Source: Limisphaerales bacterium
Lineage (GTDB): Bacteria; Verrucomicrobiota; Verrucomicrobiia; Limisphaerales; SIBE01
Direction: 5' to 3'
NCBI GenBank assembly: GCA_044225505.1
Contig: JBGAIN010000007.1
Coordinates: 62,001 to 124,523 of the forward strand
Length of the DNA stretch: 62,523 nt
In this document: piece by piece, positions 20,801 to 32,800 of the stretch
How the letters are laid out: each line of letters opens with the position of its first letter
Position numbering within the stretch: position 1 is the first letter of the stretch
Notes under the pieces: generated by a model
What the model was told of the DNA's origin: nothing
The model's database searches: none
What the model saw: only the letters and a program-made list of their open reading frames with translations
Translations under genes and position numbers: made by a program

Positions 20801-23800
20801 GCCCGCCGCATCATACGTATAGGTCTCCGCGCCGAAAGCGGGGTTGCTGTAGCTGACCGAGACTAACTGCGAGCTCTTGTCGTATGAAAATGTCGCTGTC
20901 CCATCGATGTCCTGGCGCAGTTTGACGAATCCATTGCGATCGTAAGTAAAGGCGTAACTGTTGATGGCCGAAGTCTGCCCCGAACCGCTATGGGTCAGTG
21001 TGGCAATGTAGTTTGCCGCGTCATAGGTAATCTTGGTCGCAACCACGGCCGAACCCCCGGATGCGGAGTTAAACCGGCTAATATTGGAGAACTGGAACAA
21101 ACCCGGCTCGTAACTAAACTCAACGCGCTTGGGTGTGACAAACGCTCCTGTTTGGGTGATAGCGGTCAGCCGGTGGTTGGCCGAATCCAAAGTGTACGTG
21201 TTGGTCACCGCCGGGGTCTGATTGTTAATGCTGAGCGTTGCACTCGTCACCACTCCCATTCCATCCAGACCCCACTTTACCTCAGTGCGTCCGTAGCCCG
21301 CCGGTCCAACAACCACTTCCGAAGTACGCAATCCACGCGCATCCTCCGTATAAGTCAAAGTGCTCGTCCACCGACCGTCACTTATCGAATAAAGCCGGCC
21401 GACACTATCATAAAGCGACGTAATCGCACCCGACCCGACCCAGGTCTCGCTAATCCGCTGATTCAAACCATTGTAACTATAGCGTATCTCACGGTTGTTC
21501 CGATCTACATAGCTGATCACATTTCCTGCGGCATCATAGCTGTAGCGGCGCGTGCCACTTTTGGTCTCCTCAGTCAGACGCCGATTCGCGAGGTCATAGG
21601 TATACCTCGTCACCGTGCCTTCTGGATCACGCACCCTCGTGATATTGCCGGACCCGTCATACTCCGTAAGGGTATGGCCGCCTCTTGGATCCAACACGTC
21701 TTGAACGCGGTTGAGACGATCGTAAGTATACTTCGTGGGATTTCCCTCCGCGTCGATCGTCTGGCTGATGTTGCCCACTTCGTCATAGTCTGTGTGAACG
21801 GGGTAGCCGAGCTCATTGAAATCGTCTGTTCGCCGATTCAGGGCATCATAGCCGTAGCGATGGTGAGTTCGACCGCTATCCATTGTCTTCAAGTTACTTG
21901 CCAGATCGTACGTATAATCTGTCGCCTCGGCCTCGCGCTTTTCTGTCCGCACCACCCGATTGGCTCCATCGTAAATCGTTTTATCCGCAACGCTTCCGAG
22001 TGCGTCCGTGTGGGTGACGATAAAAAGACCGTCTTTGTGTTCATAGGTCCAGGACGACTGCAACTGCCCTCCGTTGCCTGGCGATTCGATGATCTCAGAA
22101 GTCAGTCGGTTCGCCCCGTCGTACCCACGAATGGTGTGATGCTGGAGTGCGTTGAACATCTCAACGAGCCGCCCAGCATCGTCGTAAACCATACGCTCCG
22201 TAACCCGATGGGGTTCCGTCTGCGTTCCCACATTGTGAGTGACAGCGATGAGATTGTTTCTACGGTCGTAGGTGTAATCAACGGCAAACGCTTCCCCGCG
22301 CCCAGGAACCTCGTGCCGCAGATTACCCAGAACGTCATAACTGAAAGTTTCCACGATGGACGGCAAGCCTGCGCCGGTGGCAGTAGCGCGGCTAGTGGTA
22401 TGCCCCAGGTTATCTCGGGTGTAAGTAATAGTCTGCGCCGAGCTGCTGAACCCGGTCTCTTGCTTAAGCCACCCCATGATGTCGTACGATTTCGTCGCAG
22501 TCACCGTTTCTGGAGTTCCTACTGCTAGCTTTTGCGTCAAGAGCAGATTACGCGCATCGTAGGTAAACTCGTTACGGGTCCCACGGCGATCGGTGACGGT
22601 TTTTCGATTTCCGACCGCGTCGTACTCATACAGATCGCTGTTGCCCCTCGCATCGGTCTGTTTCACCAACCGATTAAGCCCGTCCATGATTTGCGTCGTT
22701 GAGTTCTGAAGCGGATCGGTGACGATAATCACGTTTCGATGTCCAGGATAGCTCTGACTGATTACATTCTTCATCGGATCCATGGATGTCAGGAGCCGGT
22801 TCCGCTTGTCATAGGTGTAAGTGGTGACGCCGAACGGAGTCGTATGCGTTAGGGCGTTCCCAAACCGATCGTAGGTCCAACTCTCCGTCTCGCCAGCCGG
22901 GTCAGTGTGGGACTGTTTTCGATTTAGCTCGTCGTAAGTGAAGATCTCGGTGAAGCGTATGCCTCCTATACCCACATGCCTGAGCAGATTGCCCTCGGTG
23001 TCGTAATCGTAGCTTTCAGTCAGAGTCTTGGGTGAGGCGTCAGTGCCTCCCGGTGAAGCCATGCTCCGGATGCGGTTTAAGGCATCGACGACGTAGGTTG
23101 TCACGTAACCTGATCCACGAATGTCGGTGAAACGAATCCGATTCCCGGCCAAGTCGTAATCAGTAGTTTCTACAAGCTCGATCGGCGCTTCCGGAGTTCC
23201 CCCGACCGATCGCTTCTGCAGGACCAAACCTCGAGCGTCGTAGTCAAATCGGCTTGTAAAGGCGGCACCCCGCGCATCCTGATACTCGATTTGATGGCCT
23301 GCGGGATCGTAGACATATCGTTCCACCGCATCTGGCCCAGGCTGCTCTGCGGTGCCAGTTGGTGTCGTCACTTTCAGGAGCCGATTCTTGTAATCGTACT
23401 CATACTTCACGGTATAGAAATCCCCTCGCCCATCCGTTATCGAAGTCAGATTTCCAACTTCATCGTAGGTATGCTTGGTGATGTTCTTCTCCGCGTCCGT
23501 GATCGTCCGAAGCCGATTTCCTCCATCATAAACGAAAGTTGCCACGTATTTCTGCCCTGTCTCGTTCTCGAATGGTCCCGTTTGTTTGGTCAGATTTCCG
23601 ACCGCATCATACTCAAAGCTCGTCACGTAGCCGGCAGCGTCGGTAGTCTCTTTCACGCGCCCGAGGCTGTCGAAGGCCATGGTCTCGACCCGTTCCGCAC
23701 TTCCAGCAGAAGCTTCGTAGGTGATTCTTTCCAGATTACCCTCCGCATCGTACTGGAAGCTGGTGACATTTTTGAGTGGATCGACTTCCTTAGTACGGTG

Positions 23801-26800
23801 GTTCAGGGGATCGTATTCGTAAGTGGTGGTGCGGCTAAGCGAATTCGTCTTAGATATCAAGTTTCCGATCGCATCATAATCGTATTTGGTAATTGCGGGC
23901 GGACTGGAAATTTCGGGAGAACCTGTCGGTTGGGTTGTCATCTTCAACCGATTAAGGAAATCGTAAACGTGAACGGTCTTATAGTAATCTCCTCGAGGAT
24001 CCACGGCGGTGAGGAGATTGCCCGCGGCATCGTAAGTCATCTTTGTGACCGCAGCAGAGCCTGGCTTAGTCGAGGAACCGGTGGGTTGACGCCGCTCGAC
24101 GAGCCGATTGAATACGTCCCAAACCTGGATGACGTCATAAAAAGTCCCGCGCGGATCATGGATCGTGATCACATTGTCCGCCGCATCGTACTCGTAGCCG
24201 GTCACGATCGCTTTACCAGGGATGGATGGCGATCCTCCCGGCTCCGTCATCGTGCTTAACCGATTCAGGGCGTCGTACTCGTAGGAAACTGTATAATAGG
24301 AGCCGCGGCCATCTTGATAACTCTTGAGATTCCCGATCTGATCGTAGACGAAAATTTCCGTTGCGACTCCCCCGCCCCCCAAACCCAAGGTTCGCGTCTT
24401 GGAAGCAGCGCGGTTGAGTGCATCATAAGTAATGGTCGTGCGATAATTCCCTTCACCTTTGAAGGTCCGCGGATCGATGGCTTCCGTGAGCATGCCAACT
24501 TCATTATAATTATACTCCGTCCTGTTCTTCTCGGGATCCGTGACGATTCGCAGACGATTTAGCGCATCCCACTCTTGGACCGTCGTATAGCCGGCTCCAA
24601 CCTTTCCCCCGGCGCGAGGAGTTGTGATTGTCTTAACGTTGCCCACCGGATCGTAACTCCACAGGGTAACGCCCTGAAGCGGATCCGTTTGACTGATGCG
24701 ACGATTCAATCCGTCATACTCATAGCTCGTCAGAAACTCGGTATTGCCTTCGTCTCCACCACCTCGCGGGTCGATCGCACCGATCAAGTTACTAACTCCG
24801 TCGTATTTGAAGATCGTGACCCCTTTTTCAGCATCGGTGCGCCGGATGGTACGATTAAGCGCATCGAAATCGAAGATCGTCGTAACTGAGCTGTCACGCG
24901 GATCAGTGAGCGATATTAGATTGCCGGCCTTGTCATAGTTTGAAACGACATGGTAGATCGGACCGGGAGAGGACGGGGTCCCAGTGTTTCTGGAAACGCT
25001 TTTTAAGCGGTTGACTCTGTCGTAAGTCTTAGTTGTGTCGTAGAACGCACCCCGTGGGTCATGGATAAGTAGAACATTACCCACGAGGTCATTTTCATAA
25101 GTGGTTTTGCGTTCAACCGGTGTCCCCTTAGCCTCCACGACGCCGGCCAGAAAGTTAAGAGTGTCATACGCGTATTCTATTCGGTGCTTCAGGGGATCTA
25201 CAGTCGCTGCGATTTTTCCGAGCGGAGTGTATTCGGTGATGTATGGCGCAGCTTTATTGGAACCGGCGGCGAGCGTAACGGTAGTTTGCCGGTTGAGCTG
25301 ATCGTAGGTATAAGTGACGTCGTGCTCAGCGCTTTGTGGGCCGCTAACGCGAATCACATTGCCGACCTGGTCGTAGGAATAGCGGGTAATCTGCCCGAGA
25401 GCGTCCGTGGTCTTTTCGAGTCGGCCTGACTTATCGTACTCCATCTTGGTTTGATATCCCGCACCTCGGGAACCCTTCGCCCGCGGATCAATCACTAAGG
25501 TCAGCTTGTTCAACTCATCGTATTCGTAGATCGTGATACCACCTTCTGCATCGATCATTTGAGTTTTCCGTCGGGCGCCATCGTAGGAATAGGAGGTCCG
25601 GTATTTGGTGCTCCCGGGGTCACCCTTGGCTCGCGGGTCGATCACAAATTTGAGATTCCCCACTTTGTCATACCCCGAGACCGTGATCCCACCGACCGCG
25701 TCGGTCTTTTTGATCAGCCGGTTCGCGGCGTCGTACTCAAAGGTCGTCCGATATTTCGAATCATTGAAATTTCCACCGCCCCGAGGGTCTATTTCCGCGG
25801 TAAGGTTACCCTCCCCATCATAGATGCGAAGAGTGACTCCATCCTCGGCATCCTTAATGTAATTCAGACGGTCCATCCCATCGTAATGATACTCGGTGAG
25901 ATGCTTCATCGGATCCAGCATGGTCTCGAGCTTCCCAGTCGGGGTATAGGTATAAACGGTTTTGGCCTTTTCCTGACTTTCTCGCTCAAAAAGGCGATTC
26001 CGTTTGTCATAGGTGAACTTGGTCACATATGGCGAATTCGAATCCGCAGCCTGGGTTGACTTCTTGAGATTACCAGCCGCATCATACTCGTTGCGGGTGG
26101 TAAGTTTTTCCGGGGCGTCCTCCTCTGCCACCTCGTCCAAAATATTGTAGATATACGTGGTGACGTGATCCCCTCCGATATTGTTCTTCACCGTCTTCTT
26201 CATCAGGCGGTTAACTTTATCGTATTCAAACTGAACCACCTCGACGGTCGGACCCTTCTGTTCTTTAATTCGACCGCGAGCGTCCAGCGTCAGGATGATC
26301 GAAGCCTTATTAGGCAACACGACTTCCCGCTTCCGATTAGCTTTGTCGTATCGAGTTTCAGTCACTCTTCCGATCTGGTCGATTTCGTAGCGGACTAGAC
26401 CATCCTTGTTGGAGACCTGCGCCGTGATATAGCCCTCCGGATCCTTCGTGAAGAAGTAATAACCGTACAGTTCAGTAGGAACGTCATAGGACGGAGTGAA
26501 TTGTCCAGGTTCGTAGGCGTATTGTGTCCTTAGGTCTAAAATCCCTTTCGCATCGATCCGTTCAATCACACGGTTTAACGCGTCATAGGCGAGTGTGGTG
26601 ATATTCTGGTTCTTCTCCTTGCTATCGGTCTGTTGTATGAGATTACCTGCCGCGTCATATTTGTTAGTCCAGGTATAAGTCGTGGTGCCTGTGGGATCAT
26701 TGGATATCACCCGGCGCACCGTGGGCCGATTGAGAGCGTCATAATCCAATTCCGTGCGGTGTTTAGACTCATCGGTCATTGCTCTGATATTGCCGGTGAG

Positions 26801-29800
26801 ATCATCATTGTACTCCTGCGTTCGAGTGGAACTATCAGCGAAGGCAGTCTCGGTCAGGCGCCCGTATTTGTCGTAAGTGTATTTCGTCACGTTCCCGATC
26901 GGATCGGTGCTAGTTTTAAGCAGGCCATTTGAGTAATAGGTGTAAAGAGTGGCCGAGAGCCCGGGATTACCAGCGGGAGCTGGGCCCTGCACAGTCACGG
27001 AGAGGATGTCGCCGTTGTTTTTGTCGACCTCGTATTCGGTGGTCCGATTCTCGCCGTCGGTGTGCTTTTGGAGACGGTTAAAGCGCTCTGGCAAATAGAC
27101 CCAGCTTTCCTCGCCAATCGCGTCTTTTCGGTAGATTAGATTGTTAAACGCATCATAGCGGTATTCGACCTCGTTTTGTTCCTGATCCTTTTCTTTGATG
27201 ATCAGCCCATTCGCCTGCCGTTCCGAGGTCCGGACAGCGCCATTGGCATCTTTCGACGAAAGGAACTGACCAAAGGGCGAAAGTCCGTAGCGAATCGTCT
27301 CTCCGCGCACGTTCGTATATTGAGCGATCGCTTCGATCTTCTTTGGATCGGTGCTGGTCACCAACTGTTTCACTATTGGAGCGCTAGCGGGGCGCGCCGT
27401 GTTCTTTGGATCGAAAACAGCGAACATCTGTGCCGGCGTTACCTGATACGACTTTCCATCCAGCCGCTTCCCACTCTGCATTCGACCAAACAAATCGTCG
27501 TAAACGTAAGTCTCTCTGAATTTCTCGGACGGTAGCGGCTCCGGTTCCGGCCACGGATTGCCGCGTTTTTGCACCTCAGAGGTCATCAGACCTGGAAAGC
27601 GTGGATTTTGATAAAAGAATGTCCGCGCGCTGGTGTCCGGGTCTGTAATCTTGGAAAGGTTTTTTCCGTCGTAGTCAAACTTAGTGACCCGGCCGGCGGG
27701 GTCAGTAATGGTGGAGACATGATCCCCTGAGTAGATGAAGGTGCTGAACAAGTCGCCAGGAACGACAATCTTAGATAATTTGTCGCCTTCGTAAAGATAC
27801 CGAGTTTCATTGCCATTCCGATCCCTCATGATAGCCAGCTTGCCCTTGTTGTTGAACTCGTAGATGGTTCCATCGAGCATTCGACGCTCAAAAGTACCGT
27901 CCTCGCGTTGGCGCAAGGTTGAGTAATCTGCCGAGGACAAAGCTGTAAACGGATCGCCTTTGCTGCGAGGGGCCAAGTAGATCTGCTCGTTGCCGTTTCC
28001 ATCTACCAGCAGGACCCCGCCGTCTCCCGAGTAGATTTCGAAATAGTTTGCCAAACCCCATCCCGCCCCAAACATGCCGTCCTTGGAGTTCACAACCGCG
28101 ACAGGTTGCGTTGCCGAGAGCATCCGTCCGACGTATCTCCCATCGCGCAGGGTAAGCAGACCGTATTCGAGCGTGAAAGTGTAAAGGCCAGTCTTGGCGT
28201 CCGTAAGATCGATCTGAATTCCTGCTCCGAAGGGCAATTCTGCACTTAAGGTCGCAGGCGGACTAAAGAAGTTCTCGCCACCAGCTAGACCAAGGGCCGA
28301 GGCCTCCTCAGCGCTGATGCCTTTGGCGTGATAGACCTTGTCACCTAACCGAGCCGTCAGACGAATTACAATCTTCGAGTCGCCGGACGGCTCTTTCACA
28401 GGATTCGCTGCGTCGCCGGACGCCGTACCGAACCCTGCCAGATTGAAGTAGAATATAGGTCGAGCCTCAGCCCGGGTCGAATCATAGTAAATGCTCAGCC
28501 CGCGATTTTGGCCCAGCGTGGTGAACCCAGCCAGTTCGTGGAGGTCGAGCAGTGCTCCGGTATGAAGCTCCACTGAGGAGTGGCTGCCGGCCTCTACGGT
28601 GAGCGGACCATTCGGGAAGCCTAAGAGCGTGGGTTGTTGATTATACGGATTGCTTACCAGCAGCAGTCCCGCGCCTTGAGGCGCAGGCAGCGAACTCAGA
28701 TCACGCACCAGGCGTCCTCCGCTTAGGGGCGCGGGGCTGATCTCCAGGCCGGGGGTCGGCGGCGTCCCAAAAGTGTAGGCTCCTGAACTATCCTTGTACC
28801 AGCGGTAAAGCGACTTCACGTTGACCCCGGGCTCGTATACATCGATTGGGATCGTCGAGAGGGGGCCTTCCAACAAGCGGGAAAGGGAGCCGGGAACCGG
28901 CTCCCTCTGCAGTTGGCTAAAACCGGAGACGGGCTTTCCTTGAGCCTCGGTTTCGATCGTGGCAATCATGGCCGCCGCGTTATAGACAAAGACCTGATTC
29001 TTTGCCTGCATCGCGGCGGCCAACATGGTGTTCCCGAAGCTCAGCGCGATGCCTTCGGCAAAGCCGTTGATGATTGGCATGGTCGCCGCAACCAATCGAG
29101 GCCGAGTCAAGGGATTGGAGGGATCCGCAGGATCAATTTTGGGCATGCGGATAATGCCCACGTTGGAGCCGGCGGAAACTTCCACCCCAATGGTTGTGCC
29201 GAGGAGTTCACTAATGACCTTAGGTTCCAACCCCAGCGATCTCAACATCTCAAGGGTATACGTGTAGTTCGGATTGTAGGTTTGAATGGGTTGCCCGCCG
29301 TTGGTCACCGCGGGGTCATGCTTGGGATCCGTCTGCACGAACTTGTTGTATCCGGTGACAAACGCGAAAGCGGGATGCTCCGAGATCTTGCCCTTAGTCA
29401 GCTTTTTCAGGACCTCACTCAGTGAATTGGCCGGTAGATACACAATGCTCGAGGCATTGCTCACTCCGAAAGCCTGGGTCGGTCGGCCCTCTACAAGGCG
29501 CGGTATTTGACCATAGCCAGTCATATCGACTCGGCCGACCACGGTATGAATGGCTGGCAAATCGGCCCGCACAATCTTGCGCTGAATGATTCGGACTGCG
29601 AAGGCATCGTTCATCCGATCTACCAGCAGCATAATATTGGGGTCCTCGGTCGCAGTGATATCATACGGCTCGTCCCCTACAGGAATTACGCCGGTCGCAG
29701 TGTTGAAGCTGGGCAGTTCCCCTTTGGCGACGTTTGTGTCAACGACGAGAACCGCGCCTCGATCCGCTCCCAGCTGGCCCATCAGAGTTTTTCCGGGCGC

Positions 29801-32800
29801 TGTCACATAGACGCGTTCTCCGTCGGCACTGATGGCCAGGCCGCGCAATCCTAAAGGCGCCGGGGAAACCGACAAGGTTTTGACTACTTTGTTATAGGTG
29901 GGAGAGAACGGATCGATATCAATCACATAGACTGTGCCAGTCGCCGCGACCCGGTCCACCGGTGCCCGCGAGTCGGAAACAAACAGATAACGCCCTGACG
30001 CCTCAGCGGCCGCGTCAAATGGCCGCGCCCCGTTCGGCAGCTTGATCACTTGAATGCCAGCGGTGACAGGATCCGCATCAATCTGCTGGAAGACGACTGT
30101 ATCAACGACGGCGATTCCGCCGCCATTCTCCAGCGGCACGTAAGCCCGTGTCCCGTCCTTGGTCAACGCCGCCTGGCGCGGGCCGCCGCCTGCGATGTCC
30201 TGCAATTGAATGCGGGCCACCTCCACTGGGTCGGGCGCCTGCGTCTCCTGTCCGTTGACATGGGTTGGTGAAAAGTTACCGAGATCAAACACCGAGAGAC
30301 TGTTCGCACCACCATTGCTGCCGAAGACATAACGTGGTTGCGCGACGAGCTGCACCGGGTTGCTGGTAATCAGTTGCAGTTTGAACTTACCGTCCAGAGG
30401 CAAGTTCATCTTCCGTGTTACTGTGATGAAAGAACCTCCGACTTGCGCGCCTCCTGGAAGATCAACTTTAAGCGTGTTCGGATCGGCTAACGTCAATGCT
30501 GTTCCCTCGATGATCGTATCTGGTCCACCCACGTAATTGACGGTGCCATCGGGGTTGAAGCTGTCTCTGCCTCCGACTTCGATGGTCACAAACAGATCGG
30601 CAGCCTGGCTGCCGAGCGTGCCTCCGTCTCGCCACGGGTTACTAAGAGTGAAACTCTCTCCCGTCAAAACCAACTGCGGTTTTAGGCCATTCCCTTGGGC
30701 CACGAAGCTAAACGTGCCCTTCGATACCGATGGAGGAACGATATCCCTGACCGTAAATCGCGGTGGGAATGGAATGGCCACGCCTTGAATCTCACCTGGT
30801 AAGACTTGGACCGTCGACGTGCTGACTGGGCGCAAACCTTGAGGTTCTATCAAAGCCGCCACCATTTTGTAGCCCAGACTAGCCACTGCCGGGACCAAGA
30901 CATCACCTATCGGACCTGTGATGGCATAGTACTTAGGTCCGCTTCCACCTCCGCCCAGCGCCGTTTGCATTGAGATTGTTTTCCCAAACGCCGCTTCGCG
31001 ATCACTTACCCCACCAAACGCCTGCACTGCGCCAACAATGCTCGGCGCCATCGCAAAGGCCTGACCCACGGCCGCAGGGATAAAGAAGATGTTCGAACTT
31101 GCCCCGGAATGCGCCCCACCAACCCCAAGATTCGGACGCACCGGCGTCGGTCTGGTATTCCCAGTCAACGATGCTAACTGAACGCCGGCGCCTCCAAGGT
31201 CCTGCGGCGCCGTCCGCATGATGCCGTCCGGCCCAACCACCATTTTGTCCAAGACAAGCCAAGCGATCTCATCGGGTTGGCCAAATCCAACTTTCACAGT
31301 GACCGGTTGGAAAAGCCAAACTTCACGGCCCGGCGAATATCCCGCGGGAGCAGGCATCTCCACGCTAAGCGCGTGTTTGGTTGTGCGACCACCCCAGTCG
31401 ATATTAAAGCCACCTGCAAAGTCAAACCCCTGGGGTGCGGCCAGCGGCATCGCATTCTGCCCCAGCGGTGTGATGGTAACTCCCGCGGTGTCCTCAAAAG
31501 TGCCCGCCGGAACTCCCACAGAATAATTACCGTTCGCGACGACAGCGCCGGCTGGCCCGACGGTCGATCCATTGGCTACGGACGTGGCGATAATGATATT
31601 CGCCACATGACTTTGCCCCCCATTAACGACGGTTACCGCCACCTCGCCGCCTCGCAGCGCTGTGAGCAGACCATTAATCGTAATCGTCGCCACCGATGGG
31701 TCGCTCACAAAATAGCGGGTGCCAGTTTGCTCTGTCGTTCGATACTCCGCATGATCTTCAAAGCCTTCCCGAACAATGAACTGAACCTTCTCGCCCGGAC
31801 TGAGCGCGTAGGCGTCGGGGAAGAATTCAAGAAGTCGAGTATCGGGCAAGCCGACCGTTACAGCGGTTGCAGCGACGAAACCTTGCGCCGTCACGATGAC
31901 GGTTGTAGATCCAAGTCCAGTTCCAAGAATCGTCCCAGAGGAAGAGACGGTTACAGTCGTGGGTTGCTCGCTGCGGAAGCTAAGCAAGTTCTTCGGAACG
32001 GCCTGCTCGGTCCCGTCGGAGTAACGAAAGACCGCGTGCAAGTCGAGCGTTTGGCCAATCGTAAGAACGGGGTCACGCGGAGAAAGGACTAATTCCACCG
32101 GCGATGTCGGAAGCACATTAATGCTGATCGACGTGGATACAGATACGGACGTGCCATCGTCGGCCGAGAGATCAAATGCTGCCGCGCCGCTAAAACCTTC
32201 TGAAGGAGTGAAGATCAGAGTGCGTCCGTCACCCGCGAGTTGGATATTTCCGTTCCGGACATTGCTCGTCCTAAACAGCAGTGAATCCCCCTCTGGATCA
32301 GACGCGAGCGCGCTCAAATCGATGGTCAGCGGGAATCCGCGACCGGTGGTGAAAGTCTGAGGCTTGGGGACAGGAGCTTGGTTCGCCACAAAACCGAAAT
32401 TAGCGATTAGGTTCTGCTGGTCGACGAAGTCGACATTGCCGTCGCGATCGGTGTCAGCGCCCGCGTTGAAGATTGGATTCCCCAAAGAAGAACCAACGGC
32501 CTTTTCCATTGCTGCGCTATCGATTCCATCAACGCGCTGGTCGCTGTTGACGTCGCCGGCCAAGTAAACCTCGATCGTGTACGATCCCGACGTCTGACCG
32601 TTCGCGCCTTGGACCTCGATTACGTAAGGTCCGGGTTGATCGAGGGCATAAAGACTCCCACTTCGACCGCTCTCCACCTTGCTCGCGATGCTTGACTCGC
32701 CGAGAATTGTGGCCGAAGCCGGGTCAAGTCCCGTCGTGCCCCGAACCTCAATCCCGAGGATGACTTTGCCGTGGGCGGCCGTGTTGAGTTCGCGCTCGGT

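Noticed and set aside
20990..22528. 512-aa plus-strand ORF and many other long ORFs antisense to real genes
   Set aside because: Shadow frames of GC-rich coding sequence with no recognisable motifs.
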